DNA from: Dehalococcoidia bacterium
GTDB taxonomy: Bacteria > Chloroflexota > Dehalococcoidia > GIF9 > AB-539-J10
Length of the DNA: 62,316 nucleotides
Reading direction: 5' to 3'
Assembly: GCA_003552465.1 (NCBI GenBank)
Contig: PULQ01000025.1
Span: forward strand, 1 to 62,316
Part shown: positions 1 to 8,652 of the stretch, piece after piece
Layout: every line of letters starts with the position of its first letter
Numbering within the stretch: position 1 is the first letter of the stretch
Position numbers and translations under genes: made by a program
The notes under the pieces: model-generated
Database searches by the model: none
What the model was told of the DNA's origin: nothing
What the model saw: the letters and a program-made list of their open reading frames with translations, nothing else

Positions 1-28
1 CTGGGCCCGAGTCCTCTCGGGGACAGGT

Positions 29-203
29 CTGCCGATCCCGGATCGTAGATGCCCTCCCCCGGTGACCTGACACCGAATCAGGTTCAGTCACGTCGCTCGT
101 CACGAACTACACCGCAGTTCGACTTGCGCAACCTTGGCAGCCGTGGTCCGGCCGACTGCGGTCAAGGGTCAGGCCAGCGAGAGCGGCGGCGATAGGGCGG
201 CAG
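29..203 (-). ncRNA. Candidate structured ncRNA (rod-shaped, 6S-like)
   Basis: Long imperfect complementarity between 29-71 and 167-203 (CTGCCG/CGGCAG; TGGCCTGAC/GTCAGGTCA with a G-U pair on the minus strand) plus internal stems. About 175 nt, non-coding, with a promoter-like element just upstream. Family not established. Confidence 0.4.
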
Positions 204-219
204 TTTCTCGCGTGTTCAG

Positions 220-248
220 ATTATTGCGGTACGGCGGGCCAGAATGAA
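220..248 (-). promoter_or_regulatory. Putative sigma70 promoter for the candidate ncRNA
   Basis: Minus strand TTCATT-17 nt-AATAAT. Confidence 0.35.
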
Positions 249-283
249 AGGCGATCGCGGATCCAGAAGGGGGATAATCCATT

Positions 284-1525
284 GTGCTTGCTGATGTGAT
301 GAGAGGTCTGCTAGGAAAAGCCACAAGCCTGTTTCCAGGTGTATATCGCCGCTTCGAACCCGACGTATGGGTCATGACTGCCATAAGGCTTCTCGGTGCA
401 ATCGGGTTCTCTATCTGTATGCCATTCCTGGCCCTGTATCTCCATCAGGATCGAGGCGTATCCATGACCCTGGTCGGTACCATACTACTGGCCGGTGGGC
501 TGTGCGCTGCTGTCAGCCAGGCTGTAGGGGGCGAACTATCAGACAGGTACGGACGACGGCCGATCCTGCTTGTGGCTGCATTAGCCGGTGCCTTCCTCTA
601 TGCGGGACTGGCGGTTCTCATCGGCATTTCAGCCCCTGTGTGGGCCATTACACTGGTCTACATCGCAGGTCGGTCGATGCTGACTGCAACACACCCTGTC
701 ATCACAGCAATGGTGGCGGATTTCGTTCCCAAAGGGAGACTCACGGAGGCATACGGCGTCCTTCGTATAGGAGCCAACATCGGTTGGGCTGCCGGCCCTG
801 CTATAGGGGGCTACCTGTTCGACGCCATACCCTATGCCTGGTTATTTGCGATTCCGGCTGCGACCTGCGTCATCATCTTCGTCGTTGTTTCCGTTTCGAT
901 TCGCAGACCTGAATCGGGAACCGAAGGAAGACAGGGCTTCCGCGGCGTTCTGCCGTGGGTTAGTAGTCCTCCCTTCCTGATCTTCACGCTGTTGACCCTG
1001 TTGCTCTTCGTAGTGATGGGACAGATGGGCAGCACGCTGTCTGTGTTCACCGTGGACAGAGTCGGGTTTTCGCCGGCCCAATACGGTTGGCTTCTAACTC
1101 TGAACGGGCTGATCGTGATTTTCTTCCAGTATCCGGTGACGCGTGTCCTCGGGAAGGTGGCGAAGGCCCGGGCTATATTGCTCGGATGCCTGCTGTACGG
1201 GATCGGCTACCTGTCATTGGCTTGGATTACCGGATTCGGATGGGCGCTTGGAGCCATGGCTGTGATAACAGCAGGCGAGATAATACACACGCCGATCACG
1301 CTATCGGTGGCGGCGGAGCTGGCTCCACAAGGGCTGAGGGGGCGGTATATGGGCCTCTTCGGGTTGAGCGAAACCATCGGCTTTGCAGTTGCCCCTGTGT
1401 TAGGAGGGATCCTTCTTGATGCATTTCCGGCCAGCCCTGAGCTCGTGTGGCCGCCCTTGGCCTCGATCGCGTTTGTTGCCGCTATCGGATACCTGTGGTG
1501 GGCCCGTCGATATAGGTTGCAGTGA
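284..1525 (+). CDS. MFS transporter
   Basis: About 12 hydrophobic segments, motif A-like GELSDRYGRRP, purine-rich RBS before GTG. Confidence 0.9.
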   Translation: MLADVMRGLLGKATSLFPGVYRRFEPDVWVMTAIRLLGAIGFSICMPFLALYLHQDRGVSMTLVGTILLAGGLCAAVSQAVGGELSDRYGRRPILLVAALAGAFLYAGLAVLIGISAPVWAITLVYIAGRSMLTATHPVITAMVADFVPKGRLTEAYGVLRIGANIGWAAGPAIGGYLFDAIPYAWLFAIPAATCVIIFVVVSVSIRRPESGTEGRQGFRGVLPWVSSPPFLIFTLLTLLLFVVMGQMGSTLSVFTVDRVGFSPAQYGWLLTLNGLIVIFFQYPVTRVLGKVAKARAILLGCLLYGIGYLSLAWITGFGWALGAMAVITAGEIIHTPITLSVAAELAPQGLRGRYMGLFGLSETIGFAVAPVLGGILLDAFPASPELVWPPLASIAFVAAIGYLWWARRYRLQ

Positions 1526-1622
1526 TGGCACTGAGATGCTGTGTGCAGAAGGAGTTCCAGTTGTGTCTGCCCCATCTAAGGAGTATGGGCCGGTGCCATG
1601 AGGGATGTGCTAGAATTCCGCT

Positions 1623-2408
1623 GTGGATGAACAAGATAAAAGCGCGTTCTCTGCGCTTGACCGTCCCGAGATCCTCAGCTTCGTGTTCTACCCCAGAAAG
1701 AGTGTCAGCCCTACGCCATCAGGGGCTTACGACCACTTGATCAAAGTCGATGACAACGTGGTCGTGTCATGTCGACTCTATGTGCACAGCAGAGATGTGC
1801 CTACAGTGCTCTACTTCCATGGTAATGGAGAGGTAGTTGGTGACTACGATGGCATCGCACCGATGTATGGTGAGGTGGGGCTGAATCTGTTTGTCGCCGA
1901 CTACCGGGGCTATGGCGCGAGTCAGGGTAGCCCCACCTTGAACAACACGGTCGAGGATGCTCCTATCATATTCAGGGGATTGCGCGACATCCTGCAGAGG
2001 GAAGGATACTGCGGTGATGCCCTGGTTATGGGCCGCTCGCTGGGAAGCCTTTCAGCTATCGAAGTGGCCTATCGCCACCAAGACATGGTCAAAGGGCTGC
2101 TCATCGAGAGTGGCTTTGCTGCCATTTCCAGTCTTCTGTCTCACCTTGGCATTCCCGCCGGGTCTCTGGGTATACACGACCCGGAGTTTCCTAACCTGGC
2201 CAAAATACGAAGCATAAAGGTGCCGACGCTTGTGATCCACGGCGAGCGGGACCAGATCATTCCGGCCAGTGAAGGAGAGATGCTGTATCATGGCTCAGCG
2301 GCGCGGGACAAGAGGCTGCTCGTTATCCCGGGGGCTGACCATAACGACATCATGTTGGTGGGGCGGGAGGCCTATTTCAGGGCGATCAGGGAATTCATCT
2401 CTCCCTGA
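1623..2408 (+). CDS. Alpha/beta hydrolase (ABHD13/BEM46-like)
   Basis: LYFHGNGE, DYRGYGAS, nucleophile elbow GRSLG, HGERD, C-terminal ADHND. Confidence 0.9.
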   Translation: MDEQDKSAFSALDRPEILSFVFYPRKSVSPTPSGAYDHLIKVDDNVVVSCRLYVHSRDVPTVLYFHGNGEVVGDYDGIAPMYGEVGLNLFVADYRGYGASQGSPTLNNTVEDAPIIFRGLRDILQREGYCGDALVMGRSLGSLSAIEVAYRHQDMVKGLLIESGFAAISSLLSHLGIPAGSLGIHDPEFPNLAKIRSIKVPTLVIHGERDQIIPASEGEMLYHGSAARDKRLLVIPGADHNDIMLVGREAYFRAIREFISP

Positions 2409-2436
2409 GCATCTCCCGACGAAAGGAAGATCTCAT

Positions 2437-3336
2437 ATGTGGTTTGCAGAGCCTGGCAAGATCAACGAGAGAATCGATTTCCTCGGAACACACGAGATCT
2501 GTATGTATCTGGTAAGGGGTAGACATTCGATGATAGTTGGTGGGGGTATGAGCTACATAGCTCCTGCCCTGGAAAGGCAGTTGTCGGCGATTGATGTTGA
2601 TGCGGGGGACATCCGGTATCTCGTTATCACCCACTCTCATTTCGACCATTGCGGAGCGGTGCCCTACCTCAAGAGGAGATTTCCCGAGGCAGAGGTAGTC
2701 GCTTCAGCGTATGCAGCGGAGGTGCTGCAAAAACCAAAGGTTATCGATGTAATCGCCAGTGCCAACAGGGAGAAGATCGCGGAATCGGGGCTAGATAGGG
2801 AGCTTGAGGATCCGGGTCTGGACATCTCAGGTATTGACGTCGACAGGATTGTCGGTGACGGGGACGCGCTGGACCTGGGCCAGGGGATCGAAGCTCATAT
2901 CATAGAAGCTCCCGGTCATAGTCGGTGCTCAATGGCGGTCTATGTTCCTGCGTTGAAGGCCATGTTTCCTACCGATGCAGCACCCTGTCCTCTGCCGGAT
3001 GGTAAAGGTTTGGTCTTGCCTTCGCCTCAATATGACTTCACCATGTACCTGGAATCGCTCAGGAAGCTGTCCGAGTATGATGTGGAGGTGTGCGCATTCG
3101 AGCATCACGGAGTGCTGGCCGGGGAACAGGGGCGAAATGCTCTGCAGAGGGGCCTCCAGCGTACAGAGAGATTCAAGAGCTATCTGGTCAGGCAGTGTGA
3201 AGAGTTGGGCAACATCGATGCAGTGGCCGGGAAGCTCGCCTCTGAGATAAGACGGAAGAACGAACTGCCCTTCCTCAGCCTTGAGCTTCAGGCCACAATC
3301 GTGATGCTATCGGTGCGCAAGATACTCGGTTCCTAG
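2437..3336 (+). CDS. MBL-fold metallo-hydrolase
   Basis: THSHFDHCG motif, PGHS. Start placed at ATG 2437 after GAAAGGAAG. Confidence 0.85.
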   Translation: MWFAEPGKINERIDFLGTHEICMYLVRGRHSMIVGGGMSYIAPALERQLSAIDVDAGDIRYLVITHSHFDHCGAVPYLKRRFPEAEVVASAYAAEVLQKPKVIDVIASANREKIAESGLDRELEDPGLDISGIDVDRIVGDGDALDLGQGIEAHIIEAPGHSRCSMAVYVPALKAMFPTDAAPCPLPDGKGLVLPSPQYDFTMYLESLRKLSEYDVEVCAFEHHGVLAGEQGRNALQRGLQRTERFKSYLVRQCEELGNIDAVAGKLASEIRRKNELPFLSLELQATIVMLSVRKILGS

Positions 3337-3671
3337 TACCTGCGCCGTTTTCCACCGCCTCCGCCGCGTCCGTATGAGCCGCCGAATCCGCCTCCTCTGC
3401 CGTATCCTCCGCCGCCTCTGCCGGTCTCGCCCCGGGGACGGGCCTCATTGACACTGAGGGTCCGCTCTCCCAGCTGAGTTCCGTTCAGTTCGTTGATCGC
3501 GGCCTGGGCTTCGGCTTTGTCTGCCATTTCCACGAACCCGAAACCTCTGGAGTCTCCACTGTACCTGTCCTTGATGATGTTAACCGATGTGACCTGCCCA
3601 AAGGCCTCAAACGCCTGACGCAGTTCATCCTCGGTGGTCTCGCGAGATAGATTGCCAACGTATATGTTCAT
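3333..3671 (-). CDS. RRM RNA-binding protein with Gly-rich tail
   Basis: RNP2 NIYVGNL, RNP1 RGFGFVEM, GGGGY/GGGF tail. Confidence 0.95.
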   Translation of the reverse strand: MNIYVGNLSRETTEDELRQAFEAFGQVTSVNIIKDRYSGDSRGFGFVEMADKAEAQAAINELNGTQLGERTLSVNEARPRGETGRGGGGYGRGGGFGGSYGRGGGGGKRRRY

Positions 3672-3806
3672 GTTCAAAACCCCCTTTTCCAGTAGTGCCC
3701 CAGCTCCTCACACAGCACAACTCATTGTGACGGGATGTACCGATGCCTGCCAGAACCCGTTGCGCTCGAAATCCCCAGAGCGCCCTCCCGGCTAATGTGC
3801 CATCAG

Positions 3807-4112
3807 CTAGGAACGGCCGCCGGGTTTGAGCTTGCTGTAGCAGTCGCTACAGTAGACAGGCCTGTCCTGCCGGGGCTCAAAAGGCACTTCACAGTCCTTG
3901 CCACACTCAGCGCAGACCGCGGAATGCATCTCGCGGCTGGCCCTGTAACCGCCGAAGCTGTTGCGCTGAGTCCTCCTGGCTTCGCGGCAGGCAGGGCAGC
4001 GCTTGGGTTCGTTCGCATATCCCTTGCCGGCATAGAACTCCTGCTCATCGGCAGTAAAAGTGAACGCGTTGCCGCAGTCCGAGCATTCCAGTGACTTGTC
4101 GGTGAAACCCAT
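3807..4112 (-). CDS. Zinc-ribbon protein with CxxC-x17-CxxC domain
   Basis: CSDC...F.FT..EQEFY..KG..NEPKRCPACR, then CAEC-x17-CSDC. RBS AAGGAGG. Confidence 0.9.
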   Translation of the reverse strand: MGFTDKSLECSDCGNAFTFTADEQEFYAGKGYANEPKRCPACREARRTQRNSFGGYRASREMHSAVCAECGKDCEVPFEPRQDRPVYCSDCYSKLKPGGRS

Positions 4113-4163
4113 TGGATGACCTCCTTTCGTTCAGTACTTGGCTAGAGCTTCGGTCATCCAACG
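4110..4163 (-). promoter_or_regulatory. 5' UTR hairpin masking the RBS end and start codon of the zinc-ribbon gene
   Basis: Minus strand CGTTGGATGACC (4163-4152) pairs with GGTCATCCAATG (4121-4110): 12 bp including one G-U. Confidence 0.6.
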
Positions 4164-4229
4164 TATGCAGACGCGAGCAGGATAACTGTCACAGAGGCGC
4201 GATAACCCAAACTTGTAACCACCGATTCA

Positions 4230-4258
4230 AGTATAGTCCAGGGCCTGGCAAAACGCAA
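4230..4258 (-). promoter_or_regulatory. Sigma70 promoter for zinc-ribbon/RRM genes
   Basis: TTGCGT-17-TATACT, implying a leader of about 110 nt. Confidence 0.55.
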
Positions 4259-4314
4259 CCGGCTGTAACGGTCGGCACGTATCACAGCTGACATCGGTCG
4301 ATGTCGCAGGATAA

Positions 4315-5295
4315 CTATATCCGGAACTCAATTATGTCTCCATCCTGGAGTGTATGTGTCTTGCTCCCCCTCTGCCCATCATACTTACCGGAGCCCCAGA
4401 CAACAGCGTACTTGAGATTCTCCCGGAAGTCCTTGTGAAGGCTCTCAGCGGCCTCTTCGACTGTGCTGCCCTTCTCCAGTATCATCGGATCCGACATGTC
4501 GACCTTGTCACCCGGAGTCTTGGTGTACACCCGGATGATGCTCAGTTCGTGAAAGACGGCCCTTCTGAACTCGTCGAGGCCCTGTCCTTCTTTTGCCGAT
4601 ATCGCGAGAATGGGAAACACGCCCGTGTATCTTGCGGCAAGCAGTCTCAGGTTCTGTCCGGAATCGGGCAGGTCGCTCTTGTTGCCCACTATGAACATCT
4701 TCCTGGGATAGGAGCCGGGCGTTGCCTGTGAACCATCCTCGGCCAGCGGTTCAATTCGGGCCTCTCCCAGTCCCTGGAGGGTTGCCTCCACCTGTGTGAC
4801 CGGTTCCTGGGATAGGTCAACTACAATGGCTATCAGATCGGCGCTTCTGAGAGGGTTTGCCAGCAGTACTCTCACCTCCTTGTGGCCGATGGGCGGGGTA
4901 TCCACCAGTTGGACCTGAATGTCCTCGTACCTCATCATGCCCGGAATTGGTATTTGCGTTGTGAAGGGGTAATCGGCTATTTCTGGCAGAGCCTCGGTGA
5001 CCGACGCGAGCAACTGCGACTTGCCGACGTTCGCCGGGCCCACCAGCATTACCTGCCCCGCACCTTCAGGCCTGATGTCGAAGCCGGTCCGCCTGGCCGT
5101 AGCTTGTTTCCTCTCGGCTTCCTGGGTTAGCTTTGCGATCTTGCGCCTCAGGTCGGCATGCAGCTTGTCTGTTCCCTTATGCTTGGGCATGATGGCCAGC
5201 ATGGTATGGAGCGCTGCGATCTTCTCGTCAGGCTCTTTGGCTAACCGATATCTCTTTTCCGCTTCGTGGTACTGCGGTGGCAGATTTGCCGGCAT
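4315..5295 (-). CDS. DRG/Obg-family GTPase with TGS domain
   Basis: MPANLPP start, G1 GPANVGKS, G2 YPFTT, G3 DTPP, G4 NKSD, TGS-like end VWGSGKYDGQ...LQDGDIIE. Confidence 0.92.
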   Translation of the reverse strand: MPANLPPQYHEAEKRYRLAKEPDEKIAALHTMLAIMPKHKGTDKLHADLRRKIAKLTQEAERKQATARRTGFDIRPEGAGQVMLVGPANVGKSQLLASVTEALPEIADYPFTTQIPIPGMMRYEDIQVQLVDTPPIGHKEVRVLLANPLRSADLIAIVVDLSQEPVTQVEATLQGLGEARIEPLAEDGSQATPGSYPRKMFIVGNKSDLPDSGQNLRLLAARYTGVFPILAISAKEGQGLDEFRRAVFHELSIIRVYTKTPGDKVDMSDPMILEKGSTVEEAAESLHKDFRENLKYAVVWGSGKYDGQRGSKTHTLQDGDIIEFRI

Positions 5296-5483
5296 ATTGC
5301 CAATTTTAGCATCATGCCGTGTATTGTCGAAACACCGGGTCGCCGTGTACATCTATGCCCGATCGGCCGGGTATGAAGCCCCGCGTCGGTTCGGGATGCT
5401 ATGCGACGATGAGCGGGCGGAACAAGCTGCACGGGGCAGGCGTGTCACCGCCGGTGGGTATGGTGGCCCGGGGTCGAGTGTTC

Positions 5484-5768
5484 CTACCCTCCGATGGCGC
5501 GGGGGAAGACGTGAAGCACGTCCCCATCATTGAGGTCGGTGCTCTTGAGATTGCGGATGTTGGTTCCGTTCAGCAGGATAAGGCCGTGGTCCTGCATCTT
5601 GCCGTCAAGGCGGATTCCTTCGGACTCAAGTATTCTGCGGATCGGTTCACAGTAGTTCTCCTCGACCTGCAGCAGGGCGTCATCGAGGCTGTCCGCCCGC
5701 AGCGTGATCGCATCTGTGCTTAGGCGGTCACGCCAGAAACCGTAGAACCTCACCATGATCGATGCCAT
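5484..5768 (-). CDS. moaD: MoaD/ThiS-family sulfur carrier
   Basis: About 94 aa beta-grasp protein ending IGG, next to an E1-like gene and AOR. Confidence 0.8.
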   Translation of the reverse strand: MASIMVRFYGFWRDRLSTDAITLRADSLDDALLQVEENYCEPIRRILESEGIRLDGKMQDHGLILLNGTNIRNLKSTDLNDGDVLHVFPRAIGG

Positions 5769-5773
5769 TCTCT

Positions 5774-6634
5774 CTACCTGCTCAGTCCGACTGTGTCGAT
5801 GGTTGGCCGACATACATCCACCAACAGCATCTGATTGCGTATGGGGACGCCCACTCCGGTGATTATCTTGACCACCTCCTGGACCTGGAGGGTCGCCATG
5901 ATCACGGGTGTGACTGAAGGGGTGCCGATCGAAGTCTCGATACCCTGTTCGGAGGAAGATCCCGGTGGCCCATAGATGCTTGACAGTCCGGGATCTTGAG
6001 GGAAGATGGTCATGATCTGCCCCCCAAGGCCTGCGATAGTTCCGTAGACGTAGGGTATTCGGAGGCTACGGCAGGCACCCTCGACTGCAAACCGCGATGC
6101 AAGGTTGTCAAGTCCGTCCACGACGACGCGGGCGTCCCTTAGCAGGTGGGCAGCATTGCTCGGCGTCAACCGTTCCTGGTGCGTCCTGACTTCAGTGGAT
6201 GAGTTGACAGCCGTGGCTCTTGCCGCCGCAACGACGGCCTTGGGCGCACCTAAGTCTCCCTCCGTTAACATGATCTGCCTGTTAAGGTCCGGCTCAGAGA
6301 AACGATCATCATCGATCACGATCACCCGCCCGACACCATGTCTGGCCAACAACTCGATGGTCGTGCCCCCCAGGCCTCCCGCTCCAACAACCGCGACGGT
6401 TGATTCCAGCATCCTTATCTGCCCGTTCAGGCCGATGGTTCCTGTGTTGCGGCTATAGCGCAGAGGAACTATCCCCTGCCTGAGAGCGGCCATCTCCACC
6501 TTCCTGAGCGCGATTCCCGACGATAGCGATATGGATCTGGCTGTGGCGAGGCTGATGACGGACTGTTCAGTGCCGTCGTCACGGAGCAGCGAGTCCGCCA
6601 GTCGCGCAATCTTGTTGACTATGTTCGGCTCCAT
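5774..6634 (-). CDS. ThiF/MoeB/HesA-family adenylyltransferase
   Basis: VAVVGAGGLG, DDDRFSEPDLNRQ, VVVDGLDN. N-terminal extension, no C-terminal CxxC pairs. Confidence 0.9.
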   Translation of the reverse strand: MEPNIVNKIARLADSLLRDDGTEQSVISLATARSISLSSGIALRKVEMAALRQGIVPLRYSRNTGTIGLNGQIRMLESTVAVVGAGGLGGTTIELLARHGVGRVIVIDDDRFSEPDLNRQIMLTEGDLGAPKAVVAAARATAVNSSTEVRTHQERLTPSNAAHLLRDARVVVDGLDNLASRFAVEGACRSLRIPYVYGTIAGLGGQIMTIFPQDPGLSSIYGPPGSSSEQGIETSIGTPSVTPVIMATLQVQEVVKIITGVGVPIRNQMLLVDVCRPTIDTVGLSR

Positions 6635-6829
6635 GGTGACTCTGCCGACAGGTGCGCCTCCATTCCTGTAGCTTCGGCTATGGCAAAATAGAGGTGCTGA
6701 CCGCCGGGATGAATGATATCAGAATGCAGGAAATCCGACACGAGACGAGATTCACAGGCGCTGAAGCGGCATATTATGATGTATAATGGGGCGGTCCAGG
6801 ATTGGAACTAAGTGAGAGGAGTTTAGTAC

Positions 6830-7240
6830 ATGGCAATCACATTTGGACCCCAGGAGTGGGCTGATGCACTGAAGCAGGCCATCGATGCCAGTCAGGCGTA
6901 CAAAGAGGCGGCTAAGAAGTGGGAGGGTGATATGTACATTATCATAGATCCCGATTCAGCCTACAGCCACAGGCATATCGTGTATCTTGATCTCTGGCAC
7001 GGAGAATGCCGCGAGGCACGTGTTGTTGAAGACGAGGGCGAGAAAGACCCGAAGTACCGGGTCTTCGGTCCGTTCACCAACATGAAGAAGATACTTGACA
7101 AAGAGGTTGATCCCGTCCGGTCTATGATGACCGGTAAGATAAGCGTCAAGGGAGATATGGTACAGATCATGCGGATGCCCAGAGCGGCGGTTGAACTGGT
7201 GAACTGCATGACCGCGTTTGAAACCGAGTTTCCGCAGTAG
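6830..7240 (+). CDS. SCP2 sterol/lipid-binding domain protein
   Basis: DPVRSMMTGKISVKGD motif, 136 aa, RBS GAGAGGAG. Confidence 0.85.
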   Translation: MAITFGPQEWADALKQAIDASQAYKEAAKKWEGDMYIIIDPDSAYSHRHIVYLDLWHGECREARVVEDEGEKDPKYRVFGPFTNMKKILDKEVDPVRSMMTGKISVKGDMVQIMRMPRAAVELVNCMTAFETEFPQ

Positions 7241-7340
7241 CCGACCTGAAGTCCCCGGCACCAGATCGACCGGCGATAGATGTCGGCACTTGACATAATA
7301 GTACTATCTGTATCGACGAATCAGGATAGGGGAGGTTCAT

Positions 7341-8510
7341 ATGTGGTACTTCGTGGCGCCTGAAGTGGTCTTCGGGCCGGATTCCTTGAGTCATCTCGCC
7401 GGGTTAGGGGCCAGATCCGCATTTATCGTTACCGACAAGAAGATAGTGGAGTTGGGGCTCACCGATCGTGTCATCGAGCAGCTTGCTCTGGCAGAGACAC
7501 GTGTGGTGGCGGTCTTCGACGATGTCGAGCCCGATCCATCGCTCCAGACGGTGCTCAAGGGCGTAGCGCTGGTTAACCAGCACTCGCCTGACCTGATCGT
7601 CGCTGTCGGTGGGGGATCGGTCATGGATGCTGCTAAGGCGATCAGGGTGCAGTATGAGCGGCCGGACATACCGCTCGAGGAGATAAACCCGTTCATAACG
7701 GACTTCGGCCTGGGCACAAAGTGCAGACTTGTCTGTATATCGACGACATCCGGTTCAGGTGCTGAGGCGACATTTGCCTTCGTAGTGACCGATACGGCGG
7801 ATCGGAGGAAGCTGAGCCTCATCAATCGACAGATTGCGCCCGACATCGCCATCGTTGACCCGGATATGGCCCGGGCCATGCCGCCTCAGATCACAGCGGA
7901 CACCGGGATGGATGTACTGACACATGCTGTGGAAGGGTACACATCCACATGGAAAAACGACTTTTCCGATGGGCTCTGCATGCGAGCAATACAGCTTGTC
8001 TTTCAGTATCTCACCCGGGCGGTGAAGGATGGCGACGACATGGAGGCTCGGGAGAAAATGCATAACGCGGCTTGCATTGCGGGCATAGGTTTCATAAACT
8101 CGTTTCCAGCTATGGCACATGCTGCCGGCCATTCTCTGGGTGCCGCGTTTCATGTGCCGCACGGCAGAGCGGTGGGATTGTTCCTTCCCTATACCATTGA
8201 GTTCGTCGGTGAAGCAGCGAGCGATCGCTGGACGGAGATCCTTCATACTGTCAAGCGCCCTGTTCCGCAGGGAGTACCGGCAGCGAGCGTGCTTGCCCGG
8301 ACGATTAGAGAACTTGCCGTTGAGATCAACCAGCCCGTTAGCATAAGGGAGACGGGAATTCCGTTAGACTCCTTTGGCGAAGCGATGGAGAAGCTAATCG
8401 ACAATGTCATGGCCGACGGCCAGTTAATAGTCAGCGCCAGGATACCTGATGCTGCAGAGACCGAGAGGTTTTTCAGGTACGCGTATGATGGAAAGAGCAT
8501 TGATTTCTAG
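7341..8510 (+). CDS. Iron-containing alcohol dehydrogenase
   Basis: GGGSVMDAAK, TTSGSGAE, DVLTHAVE, AHAAGH...HVPHG metal ligands. Confidence 0.93.
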   Translation: MWYFVAPEVVFGPDSLSHLAGLGARSAFIVTDKKIVELGLTDRVIEQLALAETRVVAVFDDVEPDPSLQTVLKGVALVNQHSPDLIVAVGGGSVMDAAKAIRVQYERPDIPLEEINPFITDFGLGTKCRLVCISTTSGSGAEATFAFVVTDTADRRKLSLINRQIAPDIAIVDPDMARAMPPQITADTGMDVLTHAVEGYTSTWKNDFSDGLCMRAIQLVFQYLTRAVKDGDDMEAREKMHNAACIAGIGFINSFPAMAHAAGHSLGAAFHVPHGRAVGLFLPYTIEFVGEAASDRWTEILHTVKRPVPQGVPAASVLARTIRELAVEINQPVSIRETGIPLDSFGEAMEKLIDNVMADGQLIVSARIPDAAETERFFRYAYDGKSIDF

Positions 8511-8652
8511 CGTCGCGCAGCGGAGCCGTTCAAGTAGTGTGGTGGTTTTAGACGGTTCATGGTGTGAAGCGGCTGGATGTTGGAAAAGACGAGTTCGAGA
8601 AGTAACAGCGATGTCTCGAAAGCTGTAGTATACAGGCAGAAGGAGCATTGTT

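Noticed and set aside
45-90. TPP riboswitch (GAACCTGAT...GGAGGG on the minus strand)
   Set aside because: The conserved CTGAGA element of the 5' half is missing, and the segment is better explained as part of a longer rod.
169-384. tmRNA (ORF ends ...PLSLA*, tag-like)
   Set aside because: No GGGG...TTCGA tRNA-like 5' domain at the expected distance. That region is the MFS start.
7290-7307. Promoter/operator upstream of the ADH (TTGACA plus ATAGTACTAT palindrome)
   Set aside because: No -10 box at proper spacing from TTGACA, and a single 10-bp palindrome is weak evidence.
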